From the NCBI GenBank assembly GCA_902570155.1, contig CACFXU010000008.1:1088-65087 (forward strand): 64,000 nt of DNA. The letters are read 5' to 3'. Positions 1 through 11,313 of this stretch are shown here, in pieces. The notes beneath the pieces were generated by a model. The model had not been told where the DNA came from. It saw nothing but the letters and a program-made list of their open reading frames with translations, and made no database searches. The position numbers and the translations under genes were made by a program. The DNA is from an uncultured Alphaproteobacteria bacterium (GTDB lineage Bacteria; Pseudomonadota; Alphaproteobacteria; HIMB59; GCA-002718135). Each line of letters opens with the position of its first letter. The stretch's first letter is position 1.

Positions 1-477
1 TTGATTCCGGAGATTCAATATTCTATAAAATCTATTGCTCACCATATTGAGAAACTTCGATCTAAAGGAAGAAATCATGCATTAATCGTTGTTGCAGAAG
101 CTGTAAAAAAAGAAAACGGTAAAAAAGCTACAGTGAAATATGTTGATGGAGAGGTGCGCCTTGGAGGGATTGGAAATTATCTTGGTGATGAAATCTATAA
201 AATAACAGACTCTGAAACAAGAGTTACAGTTCTAGGACATGTTCAAAGAGGTGCTCAACCAACTCATAGAGATCGTTTAATTGCAAGTGCCTTTGGGGTT
301 TATGCGGTTGATTTAATTGCAAAGAAAAAATTTAATAGAGTAGTTGTATGGAAAGACAGAGGAGTACAAGATTTGATGCTTAGTCAAGTTGCTGGATATT
401 CAAAAACTGTTCAAAAAAATGATCCTCTGATTAAAGTAGCTGAAGGACTTGGAATTTATATTGGTGAAACAAACTAA
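1..477 (+). CDS. pfkA: 6-phosphofructokinase, C-terminal 158 aa (5' end lies outside the window)
   Basis: ORF open at the window edge. The tail carries the PFK-family motif VTVLGHVQRGAQPTHRDRLIASAFG. TAA stop at 475-477. Confidence 0.8.
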   Translation: MIPEIQYSIKSIAHHIEKLRSKGRNHALIVVAEAVKKENGKKATVKYVDGEVRLGGIGNYLGDEIYKITDSETRVTVLGHVQRGAQPTHRDRLIASAFGVYAVDLIAKKKFNRVVVWKDRGVQDLMLSQVAGYSKTVQKNDPLIKVAEGLGIYIGETN

Positions 478-1232
478 AAATTCCCTAATTTTTTCCATAT
501 ATAAAAATATATTTTGTAAGGTAATATCCTTGTAAATTTAAAAAAATATACAATCAAATAGGGAAATATTATTTCAAATTCTTTACCTTTAGTTAATCTA
601 TCAAATATTTTTTTTCCTGCATATTCAGCACTTTTTAAAAAAGGCATTTTGAAGCTATTTTTTTTGGTTGCTTCGGTATCAATAAAACCTGGACATATGA
701 CTCTAACATTAATGTTTAACTTTTTAAAATCAAAATACAAGCTTTCACTCAAGCTTAATTGAGCTGCCTTAGAAATACCATACGCCCCAGCTGTTGGCCA
801 ACCTCTATATCCCAACGGTGAAGAAATAATAGCAATCGTATTATTTCTATTTTTCATAACATCTTTTAATTTGTTAACACAATACAAAGTACCTTTGATA
901 TTTACATCTACTAGCAATTCGTAGTTTGAAATATCAAATATTTGATTTTTGTTTGGACTATAAGCTGATGCATTTAATAATGCTATATCAATTTTACCAA
1001 TATTTTTTTCTATAGAATCAATCGTTTTATCAACATTATTTTTTGAAGAAATATCACATACAATAGCATGAACTAAATTTTTTTTATTATTTAGCTGCAA
1101 TTTTTTTTTTGCAGATTCAAGTTTTATTTTATTACTTGAAGAAATTACAACTTGCCAATTATTATTTATAAATTCTTTTGCTGTAGCAAAGCCAATACCT
1201 GAAGATCCACCAGTAATCCATATAGTTTGCAA
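474..1232 (-). CDS. Short-chain dehydrogenase/reductase (classical SDR)
   Basis: 252-aa ORF with the N-terminal TGGSSGIG dinucleotide-binding motif and a YGISK (YxxxK) active-site motif. Its stop overlaps the pfk stop on the opposite strand (CTAA). Confidence 0.8.
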   Translation of the reverse strand: MQTIWITGGSSGIGFATAKEFINNNWQVVISSSNKIKLESAKKKLQLNNKKNLVHAIVCDISSKNNVDKTIDSIEKNIGKIDIALLNASAYSPNKNQIFDISNYELLVDVNIKGTLYCVNKLKDVMKNRNNTIAIISSPLGYRGWPTAGAYGISKAAQLSLSESLYFDFKKLNINVRVICPGFIDTEATKKNSFKMPFLKSAEYAGKKIFDRLTKGKEFEIIFPYLIVYFFKFTRILPYKIYFYIWKKLGNF

Positions 1233-1916
1233 CTATAGACTCCAATCATTACGAATTATTGTTATAATATTTTTTTTATCATTAGGATTTTTGAATTCCA
1301 TTTTCATGAGCTCTTTTTCAAAATACCAAAGTGTATACTCAGGGAATGGCCCTTTATCTTTTGGATTTTTTGAAGCATTGAAAACATACTTATTTGCTAA
1401 TATTTCAATGTTATTGATTTTTATTTTTTCATCTTCAAGTTGCTTTACTTCTATAGTTCTTACAATACCTTTTTGAGTATCAAATACTTCTTTCTCATTT
1501 AACATTTCAATATTCCAATAATTTAATGGTACTATATTTTTATCTAATTTTAATTCTCCATCCATACCACTAGCAATAAAAAAATTGTCTTCATCATTTC
1601 CAATTATTTTATACTCTCGATCATCTTCGAAGTCTGTAAATCCATCTATTGATACAAATTCACCATTTTTCCAAGTTTCTTTGGTTTCTTGAAAAAATTT
1701 GTATGCTGGAATAAATAAAACTTTAACATTTATCTTTAATACTGAATGTATAATGACACTATCTTCATTATTTTCAAATTTTGATATTAAGCTACCAATA
1801 TTTTTCTTTTTTCTAATAACATCAAAACTTACCTCATTATCTTCTGGTATTGGAAATGGTTGACTAAAAACGCTTAAAGAAAAAACAGATAAACAAATTA
1901 TAAAGATATATTTCAC
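1233..1916 (-). CDS. Hypothetical exported protein
   Basis: 227-aa ORF with 0-nt spacing to the downstream SDR and a 4-nt overlap with the upstream gene. Signal-peptide-like N-terminus MKYIFIICLSVFSLSVFSQ. No family recognised. Confidence 0.55.
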   Translation of the reverse strand: MKYIFIICLSVFSLSVFSQPFPIPEDNEVSFDVIRKKKNIGSLISKFENNEDSVIIHSVLKINVKVLFIPAYKFFQETKETWKNGEFVSIDGFTDFEDDREYKIIGNDEDNFFIASGMDGELKLDKNIVPLNYWNIEMLNEKEVFDTQKGIVRTIEVKQLEDEKIKINNIEILANKYVFNASKNPKDKGPFPEYTLWYFEKELMKMEFKNPNDKKNIITIIRNDWSL

Positions 1917-2630
1917 GACTTAATTCTTAATGATGATCTTCCTCCATCTATATGAAATATTTGTCCAGTTATCCAACTATTTTTATCACTTAATAGAAAA
2001 CTTCCAATATCAGAGAAATCATCACCAGATCCAATTTTAGGTAGAGGATGCATATTTTCAATTGCTTTCTTAATAGTTTCATTACTAATCAACTTTTGTG
2101 TCATTTTTGCGTCAGTTAAACTAGGCGCTATACAATTTACTTTGATTTTTGGAGCAAATTCAGCAGCTAAACTCAAAGTAAGCCCTTCAATGGCACCTTT
2201 TGCGGTAGAAATTATTGTGTGATTAGTAAAGCCTTGTTTTACAGCAATAGTTGAATAAAGAAGAATACTGCCGTTATTTTTAGCAAGGGTTTCTTGATTA
2301 AACTTAATCGCATTTATAGCACTAAGTGTATTTATTTTAAAAGAATCAATAAAATCTTCATCTTTAGTCATTTTAAGAGGTTTTAAATTTATAGAGCCAA
2401 CACAAAAAGCAATACCACTTAATTGATCTTTATATTCTTCTGAAATACTCTTAACTTTATTAGAGTCTAAAACATCACACACTTTGTATTCACATCCAAT
2501 TTCTTCAGATAATTGTTTTAATTCTGTTTCATTTCTTGAAATAATTATTGGATCATAGTTATTGCTTTTCAGTTTTTTTGATAATGATTTCCCAATAGAA
2601 CCCGTGCCCCCAAAGACAAATATATTTTTG

Positions 2631-2638
<8 letters not shown>
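1913..2638 (-). CDS. SDR-fold NAD(P)-binding protein, atypical (catalytic Tyr apparently replaced)
   Basis: 241-aa ORF with a GGTGSIGKS Rossmann motif. The SDR-like core has ...YSTIAV...HTIISTAKGAIEGL where the YxxxK Tyr position aligns to Ile in my by-eye alignment. Confidence 0.7.
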
Positions 2639-4749
<2,111 letters not shown>

Positions 4750-4750
<1 letters not shown>

Positions 4751-5061
4751 TGCCAAAGTTAATAATTACAGATAGATCAGGTAAAAAATCTGAAATTGAA
4801 TATGATAGTAATTTTACATTAATGGAAACCCTTAGAGACAATGGCTACGATATTGAGGCTTCCTGTGGAGGATGTTGTGCTTGCGCTACCTGTCATGTTT
4901 ATATTGATGAAAAATGGACAAACAAGCTAAAAAATATGGATGATGATGAAGAATCTATGCTAGATCAAGCTTTTGACGTTAAAAATAATTCCAGATTATC
5001 TTGTCAAATTGAGCTTTCCGAAGATCTTGATGGCCTAGAGATAGAAATTGCACCAGAATAG
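4750..5061 (+). CDS. fdx: [2Fe-2S] ferredoxin, adrenodoxin/putidaredoxin type
   Basis: 103 aa. Cys ligand pattern C-x5-C-x2-C (CGGCCACATCH) plus a distal Cys (LSCQI). The ATG overlaps the upstream stop (TAATG). Confidence 0.85.
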
Positions 5062-5063
5062 TA

Positions 5064-5107
5064 TTGACACAAATTATTAATTTGTATACAAACAGTTTGT
5101 ATAAAAA
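5064..5107 (+). promoter_or_regulatory. Candidate marR promoter with overlapping palindromic operator
   Basis: Perfect TTGACA at 5064-5069, a 17-nt spacer, then TACAAA at 5087-5092. A perfect 12-bp palindrome TTTGTATACAAA (5081-5092) overlaps the -10, and a half-site repeat TTTGTATA follows at 5096-5103. The marR ATG is at 5110. Confidence 0.4.
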
Positions 5108-5109
5108 CT

Positions 5110-5571
5110 ATGGCAGACACTTCTCTTAATGAGAATAGATTAGCATTATTAATTTGGCAAACATCAAACTTATGGCAATCTAAAGTAAGACATAAATTAA
5201 AAGAGAGTCAAATCACATTAAATGAATATCTTATTCTAGAGACAATTTATTTATTACAGCAAGAAAACATAAATATTACTCAACAGGATATATGTAAAAA
5301 TGCATCTATTGATAGATCAGTTGTTAGCTTACGTGTTTCTAAGCTAGAAGAAAAGAATTTAATATCAAAACAACAACCACAAGATAAAAGATCTGATAGT
5401 TTAATTTTAACTGCAGCAGGGAATGATTTAATTAATAATATTATTGATAATATTGTAGATTTAGAAAATGAATTATTTAATAAATTAGGATCTGAAATTT
5501 TTAATTTCACAAATTCATTAAAGTTGTTATTGGGTAAAAAAATTAGAATTAGAGCAAAATTAAATGATTGA
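5110..5571 (+). CDS. MarR-family transcriptional regulator
   Basis: 153 aa with a winged-helix MarR-like core (LNEYLILETIY...QQDICKNASIDRSVVSLRVSKLEEKNLISK...DKRSDSLILTAAG). Confidence 0.8.
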   Translation: MADTSLNENRLALLIWQTSNLWQSKVRHKLKESQITLNEYLILETIYLLQQENINITQQDICKNASIDRSVVSLRVSKLEEKNLISKQQPQDKRSDSLILTAAGNDLINNIIDNIVDLENELFNKLGSEIFNFTNSLKLLLGKKIRIRAKLND

Positions 5572-7147
5572 TCAAGAATTAGCACAATCCTTAAAAGCTT
5601 GGCCTTTTAAAGAAGCATTACAAATCATTAAAAAAAATGGTGGTATAAGAAACTTTAAAATTCCATCTAAGGGATATGTATTACTAGAAACTGGTTATGG
5701 CCCTTCAGGTTTGCCTCATATTGGAACTTTTGGTGAAGTTGTAAGAACATCAATGGTAAAAAATGCATTTAGCTCTATAATTGATTGTCCAACAAAACTG
5801 ATCACATTTTCTGATGATATGGATGGATTAAGAAAAGTTCCTGAAAATATTCCAAATAAAGAAATGTTAGAAAAATTTATAGGTAAGCCACTTACTTCTA
5901 TACCAGATCCATTTGGTAAATTTGAAAGTTTTGGTCATCATAATAATGCAAAACTTAGAAGTTTTTTAGATGAATTTAATTTTGACTACGAGTTTGTTAG
6001 CTCAACAGAGAAATATCAAAGTGGAGATTTTAATGAAACAATATTAAGTATATTTGAAAACTATACAAAAATATTAGATATTATTTTACCTACCCTAAGG
6101 GCAGAGAGAAAAGAAACTTATAGCCCCTTTTTGCCTATAAGTGAAAATTCAGGAGAAGTACTTCAAGTAAAAATTGAAGAATATAAAATGGATTCAAAAA
6201 CAATTATTTACAAGGATCCATCTTTAGACAAGTTAGTTGAAACAGAAGTAATTGATGGAAAATGTAAGTTACAGTGGAAAGTTGATTGGGCAATGAGATG
6301 GATGTCATTTGATGTTGATTATGAAATGTGTGGTAAAGATCTTACAGAAAGTGTTGATTTAGGATCCAAGATTTGTAAAGCATTAAATAAAAAATCACCT
6401 ACAAATCTAATTTATGAAATGTTTTTAGATGAAAAAGGTGAAAAAATTTCTAAGTCAGTCGGCAATGGTATTAGTGTTGATGAGTGGCTACGTTACGCCT
6501 CTCCTGAAAGTCTTGCACTCTACATGTTCCAAAAACCAAAATCAGCAAAAAAACTTCACTTTGATGTTATTCCTAAAACTGTAGACGATTATCTTTCTCA
6601 TTATAATTCATACTCAAGTTTAGATAAAAACAAACAGTATGATAATCCAATTTGGCATATTCATTCAGGAAAACCTAAAGAATTTAAATCAGAAATAAAT
6701 TTCAATACCCTTACTAATCTAGTTAATGTGTCTAACTCTAAAGATAAAAAAGTAATATGGTCTTTTATTAATAAATATGATGATAATATTAATGCTGATA
6801 ACAATCCTGAATTTGATCGCCTCATAGATTTTGCACTTAATTACTATGAAGATTTTATTTTGCCTAAAAAGAAATTTTTAGAGATTGATGGTAGCAATAA
6901 AGAGGTATTTATTGATATTATTAATGTTTTAGAAGATGAGGTGACTGAAAACAGTTCATCTGAAGATATTCAGACATTGTTATACGAAGTAGGAAAAAAG
7001 CACGAATTTGATAACTTAAAAGATTTTTTTAAACTAGTATACCAAGTTATGCTTGGTCAGGATCAAGGCCCTAGACTAGGGTCATTTTTTAAATTATTTG
7101 GTTTAAGAGAAACTATTGATTATCTAAAAAAATTGATAGATAATTAA
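5564..7147 (+). CDS. lysK: Lysine-tRNA ligase, class I
   Basis: 527 aa with a class I HIGH-type motif (GLPHIGTFGE) and a KMSKS-type motif (KISKS). Length and architecture match class-I LysRS. 8-nt overlap with marR. Confidence 0.88.
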   Translation: MIDQELAQSLKAWPFKEALQIIKKNGGIRNFKIPSKGYVLLETGYGPSGLPHIGTFGEVVRTSMVKNAFSSIIDCPTKLITFSDDMDGLRKVPENIPNKEMLEKFIGKPLTSIPDPFGKFESFGHHNNAKLRSFLDEFNFDYEFVSSTEKYQSGDFNETILSIFENYTKILDIILPTLRAERKETYSPFLPISENSGEVLQVKIEEYKMDSKTIIYKDPSLDKLVETEVIDGKCKLQWKVDWAMRWMSFDVDYEMCGKDLTESVDLGSKICKALNKKSPTNLIYEMFLDEKGEKISKSVGNGISVDEWLRYASPESLALYMFQKPKSAKKLHFDVIPKTVDDYLSHYNSYSSLDKNKQYDNPIWHIHSGKPKEFKSEINFNTLTNLVNVSNSKDKKVIWSFINKYDDNINADNNPEFDRLIDFALNYYEDFILPKKKFLEIDGSNKEVFIDIINVLEDEVTENSSSEDIQTLLYEVGKKHEFDNLKDFFKLVYQVMLGQDQGPRLGSFFKLFGLRETIDYLKKLIDN

Positions 7148-7151
7148 ATTA

Positions 7152-8207
7152 TTGTACAATACTTCATTAAAAATATTAAGATTATTACCTCCTGAATTAT
7201 CTCATACTATTACAATTAATTTTTTAAAATATTTCAAAGTAAGACAAAAAAATATTGAAGACTCTATTCTTGCACAACATTTAATGGGGTTAGATTTTCC
7301 AAATCCTATAGGACTCGCTGCGGGTTTTGATAAAAATGCTGAAGTGATGCATTCTATGTTTTCATTTGGTTTTGGATTTCTTGAAGTTGGTACAATTACT
7401 CCACAACCTCAAAGTGGTAATTCTAAACCAAGAGTATTTAGATTGAGTGAAGATAAAGCTATTATTAATAGTTTAGGATTTAATAATAAAGGTATTAAAA
7501 AAGTAAAAAAAAATTTAATCAAACACCATAAATCCTACTTAAATAATAAAATTGTAGGAGTTAATATTGGAAAAAATAAAAATTCAAGTGAAGCTATTGA
7601 TGATTATCTAATTGGTTTAGAAGAGTTAGGTGATTTGGCAAGCTATATTACTATAAATATATCCTCACCAAATACTGAAGGTTTGAGAGATCTTCAATTG
7701 CGAGGAAAGATAGAAAAATTAATTAAAAAAATTATAGATAAAAGAGATGAAATAAAAAATATTAATACTAAACCAATATTAATTAAAATTTCACCAGACT
7801 TAAATGAAGATCAACTTAGAGATTTAGCTTTAATTTCCTTGGCTAATAACATAGATGGCTTAATACTTACAAATAGCACTATTAAAAGAGACAGTAATTT
7901 AATTTCTTTAAACAAAGAAAAAAAAGGTGGTTTAAGTGGTAAGCCTCTCTATGAAAATTCAAATATAATTTTGAAAAAAATATATGAATTAACAAATGGT
8001 CAAATACCATTAATAGGAGTGGGCGGTATATCCAGTGGGAGGGACTGTTATGATAAAATCAAATCCGGTGCTTCTCTAGTGCAGTTATATACCGCTTTGG
8101 TTTATTCTGGTCCAAATTTAATTAATTCTATGAAAAGTGAATTGATTGATCTTATTAAAACTGATGGATATAAAAATGTATCTGACGTTATTGGTAAATC
8201 GGTATAG
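7152..8207 (+). CDS. pyrD: Dihydroorotate dehydrogenase (quinone), class 2
   Basis: 351 aa, TTG start. Motifs GLAAGFDKN, LEVGTITPQPQSGNSKPRVFRL, NISSPNT and GVGGISSG. Confidence 0.9.
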   Translation: MYNTSLKILRLLPPELSHTITINFLKYFKVRQKNIEDSILAQHLMGLDFPNPIGLAAGFDKNAEVMHSMFSFGFGFLEVGTITPQPQSGNSKPRVFRLSEDKAIINSLGFNNKGIKKVKKNLIKHHKSYLNNKIVGVNIGKNKNSSEAIDDYLIGLEELGDLASYITINISSPNTEGLRDLQLRGKIEKLIKKIIDKRDEIKNINTKPILIKISPDLNEDQLRDLALISLANNIDGLILTNSTIKRDSNLISLNKEKKGGLSGKPLYENSNIILKKIYELTNGQIPLIGVGGISSGRDCYDKIKSGASLVQLYTALVYSGPNLINSMKSELIDLIKTDGYKNVSDVIGKSV

Positions 8208-8209
8208 TA

Positions 8210-9046
8210 GTGAAAAAAATAAAATCCATTAAAGAAATTATTAATGTTTATGACAATTTTATAATTGATCAATGGGGTGTAATGCATGATGGAATATTTG
8301 GATATGATCATGCTTTTAATTCTATCAATATTCTCAATAGCAATGATAAAAATTTGTTTATAATTTCAAATTCATCTAAAAGATCAAAAACATCCATAGA
8401 TAGACTGCCAAAGCTTGGTTTTAAGAAAAATTCTTTTTTAAATACAGTGACAAGTGGAGAAATGATTTGGCAATTACTTAAAAAAAAATATTTAGATGAT
8501 AAAAATAAAAAAAATTGTTTTCATATTTATGATAAAGAAAAAGAGGATGGTCTAGATTTTAGAGATGGTTTAAATTTTAATTTTGTAGAAAAAGTAGAAG
8601 AAGCGGATCTAATTTTAGCTTGTACCCCTTTTATAAATTTACAGCCAATAGACTACATTCCATTACTAGAAGTAGCTTATAAAAAAGAAATAACAATGTA
8701 TTGTGCAAATCCCGACTTTGAAACAGTTGAAAGTAACTCGAAAAGTAATGTCTTTTGTATGGGTGCAATTGGTGAAATTTACAAAAAAATGGGAGGAAAT
8801 GTTATTATAAAAGGTAAACCTGATGTAAGCATATATACTAAAACGACAGATCAAATTAATTTAGAAAAAAAAAGAACAGTAGCTATTGGAGACTCATTAT
8901 TTCATGACATTCAAGGAGCTAATAATTTTGAAATAGATAGTGTTTTAGTAAAATCTGGTATTCATAAAGATCTAAATCAAATAAATAATTTAATTAAAAA
9001 TCATCAAATAACGCCAACATATATTATAGATAAATTTAGTATTTAG
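8210..9046 (+). CDS. HAD-superfamily hydrolase (subfamily IIA-like)
   Basis: 278 aa, GTG start. HAD motif I variant IIDQWGVMHDG, ISNSSKR, and the C-terminal GDSLFHDIQGA motif. Confidence 0.7.
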   Translation: MKKIKSIKEIINVYDNFIIDQWGVMHDGIFGYDHAFNSINILNSNDKNLFIISNSSKRSKTSIDRLPKLGFKKNSFLNTVTSGEMIWQLLKKKYLDDKNKKNCFHIYDKEKEDGLDFRDGLNFNFVEKVEEADLILACTPFINLQPIDYIPLLEVAYKKEITMYCANPDFETVESNSKSNVFCMGAIGEIYKKMGGNVIIKGKPDVSIYTKTTDQINLEKKRTVAIGDSLFHDIQGANNFEIDSVLVKSGIHKDLNQINNLIKNHQITPTYIIDKFSI

Positions 9047-9089
9047 AATACTTGACAAAGTAATATTTATATTTACATGCATCTTCATT

Positions 9090-9371
9090 ATGTCAATGAG
9101 ATGTGAATTAACTGGAAAATCCTTTCAAACTGGTAACAACGTTAGTCATGCTAAAAATAGAACAAAAAGACGTTTTAAACCAAATCTTCAGAACATTACT
9201 TTTGTTAGCGAATTATTGGGGCAAAAATTTCAACTTAAAGTTGCAGTCAGTACTATACGTACAGTAGAAAAAAAAGGTGGGTTAGATGAATTTCTTATTA
9301 ATACACCAAACTCCAAATTACCTTTAAAAGCTAAAAAATTAAAAAAAACTATTCTATCAAAATCTAATTAA
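9090..9371 (+). CDS. rpmB: 50S ribosomal protein L28
   Basis: 93 aa. The N-terminus MSMRCELTGKSFQTGNNVSHAKNRTKRRFKPNLQ is the L28 signature. Confidence 0.95.
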   Translation: MSMRCELTGKSFQTGNNVSHAKNRTKRRFKPNLQNITFVSELLGQKFQLKVAVSTIRTVEKKGGLDEFLINTPNSKLPLKAKKLKKTILSKSN

Positions 9372-9380
9372 ATTTTTGTA

Positions 9381-10121
9381 ATGGGATTTTTCTTTGAATT
9401 AACAACAATACTTAATTCTCTTAGCACTGAACTAATGTGGTTTATAATGCTACTTTTTAGTTTTATTTCTATTCTTATTTTTTTAAGAATATTTGGATAT
9501 ATAGGAATTTTTATCTATTCTGCACTAGCTGTAATTGCAGGAAATATTCAAGTTTTAAAAACAGTAGACTTTTTTTATTCACCCGAACCGGTAGCATTAG
9601 GAACTATTCTTTTTGCATCAACATTTTTATGTACTGATATTTTATCTGAATATTATGGCAAGGAAAAAGCTAGAATTAACATTTTAATTGGTTTCAGTGC
9701 ATTCTTATTTATGACTTTGTTAATGGTAATTACTATTGGTTTTCAACCATCAGATGCAGATTGGGTACAAGAGAGTTTATCAAATGTATTTACTCCCATG
9801 ACAAGATTTTTCATAGCTAGCATGATAGCATATTTAATAAGCCAATATTTTGATGTTTGGTTCTTTAACTATTTGAAACAAGCTTTATCAGGCAAGTCTC
9901 TCTGGTTAAGAAACAATTTATCTACAATTACCTCCTCTTTGGTTGATAACACTGTCTTTAGTATATTTGCTTGGATTTTATTAAATCCTGAACCAGTAAG
10001 TGTGTATAATGTCATAATGATTTATATTTTAGGCACTTATCTTCTTAGAATATTTATAGCCCTACTTGACACTCCTTTTATTTATATAGCTAAGTTTTTT
10101 GTCCCAAAAACTAATGACTAA
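9381..10121 (+). CDS. yhhQ: Queuosine-precursor transporter (YhhQ/DUF165 family)
   Basis: 246-aa polytopic membrane ORF with YhhQ-like segments FLCTDILSEYYGK and SLVDNTVFS. Lies immediately upstream of tgt. Confidence 0.78.
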   Translation: MGFFFELTTILNSLSTELMWFIMLLFSFISILIFLRIFGYIGIFIYSALAVIAGNIQVLKTVDFFYSPEPVALGTILFASTFLCTDILSEYYGKEKARINILIGFSAFLFMTLLMVITIGFQPSDADWVQESLSNVFTPMTRFFIASMIAYLISQYFDVWFFNYLKQALSGKSLWLRNNLSTITSSLVDNTVFSIFAWILLNPEPVSVYNVIMIYILGTYLLRIFIALLDTPFIYIAKFFVPKTND

Positions 10122-11313
10122 CTTTTCTTGGAAAGTTAAAAAAACAAATAAAAATAATAAAGCAAGAACAGGAAAAATTTCTACACCACACGGAGATATT
10201 GAAACTCCAGCATTTATTTTTTGTGCAACAAAAGCTGCACTAAAATCTTTTACTACTCTTGAAGCAAAAAAAAATAATACACAAATTATACTATCCAATA
10301 CGTACCATTTAATGCTTCAGCCAGGTAGTGAACTAATTGCTCAACATGGAGGTCTTCATAAATTTACTGGTTGGAATGGACCTATGTTAACAGATAGTGG
10401 TGGATTTCAAATTTTTTCTCTTGGACATGGTTCAGTTGCTGACGAAATAAAAGGGCGAAAAACAAATTCAAAAAATAAAAAAACTTTAATCAATCTGAAT
10501 GAAGAGGGTGCATTATTTAAGTCTTATATAGATGGTTCTATTCATATGTTATCTCCTGAAAAATCAATAGAGATTCAAAGAAATCTTGGTGCAGATTTCA
10601 TCTTAGTTTTTGATGAATGCACTCCTTATAATGTAGATAAAACCTACACATCTGATTCTATGTTAAGAAGTCATAGATGGTCTTTAAGATCAATCAACGC
10701 CTTTAACTCTAAACTTAATTACAGTCCTAAAAATGGCTCAGCAGGTAGACAAGAAATTTACGGGATCATTCAAGGTGGGATTTACAAAGATTTAAGAGAA
10801 GAAAGTATTGAATTTAACACAGAAAAGATCAATACTTTTGGAATTGCTATTGGTGGTAGTTTAGGATCAAATAAAGATGAAATGAAAGATATAGTTCATT
10901 TTACTTCTTCTAAATTAGATAATTCTCGTCCAGTACATTTGCTAGGTATTGGCGATCCAAGGGATATATGGGATTTTGTTGCAGATGGAATCGATACATT
11001 TGATTGTGTAAACCCAACTAGAATTGCTAGACATGGATCAGCTTTAGTAAAAGGTAAACAGGGAAAAATAAACTTAAAAAATGTTAAATATAAAAATAAT
11101 TTTAACCCAATTGATAATGAGTGTAATTGCTATACTTGTAAGAACTTTTCACTGGCATATTTATATCATCTTTTTTCTGCACAAGAATTACTAGGATTAC
11201 AACTTCTAACTAATCATAATATATATTTTATGAATAATCTTATGAAAGAAGTTAGAAGCTCAATTGATAATAATAATTTTGAAAATGCAAAAAAGAAATG
11301 GTTAAATTCTTAA
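10114..11313 (+). CDS. tgt: tRNA-guanine transglycosylase (queuine tRNA-ribosyltransferase)
   Basis: Motifs [27 protein letters not shown] and FDECTP, plus a zinc motif CNCYTC followed by His. I prefer the ATG at 10114 (8-nt overlap with yhhQ) over the TTG at 10099 used by the ORF track. Confidence 0.9.
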   Translation: MTNFSWKVKKTNKNNKARTGKISTPHGDIETPAFIFCATKAALKSFTTLEAKKNNTQIILSNTYHLMLQPGSELIAQHGGLHKFTGWNGPMLTDSGGFQIFSLGHGSVADEIKGRKTNSKNKKTLINLNEEGALFKSYIDGSIHMLSPEKSIEIQRNLGADFILVFDECTPYNVDKTYTSDSMLRSHRWSLRSINAFNSKLNYSPKNGSAGRQEIYGIIQGGIYKDLREESIEFNTEKINTFGIAIGGSLGSNKDEMKDIVHFTSSKLDNSRPVHLLGIGDPRDIWDFVADGIDTFDCVNPTRIARHGSALVKGKQGKINLKNVKYKNNFNPIDNECNCYTCKNFSLAYLYHLFSAQELLGLQLLTNHNIYFMNNLMKEVRSSIDNNNFENAKKKWLNS

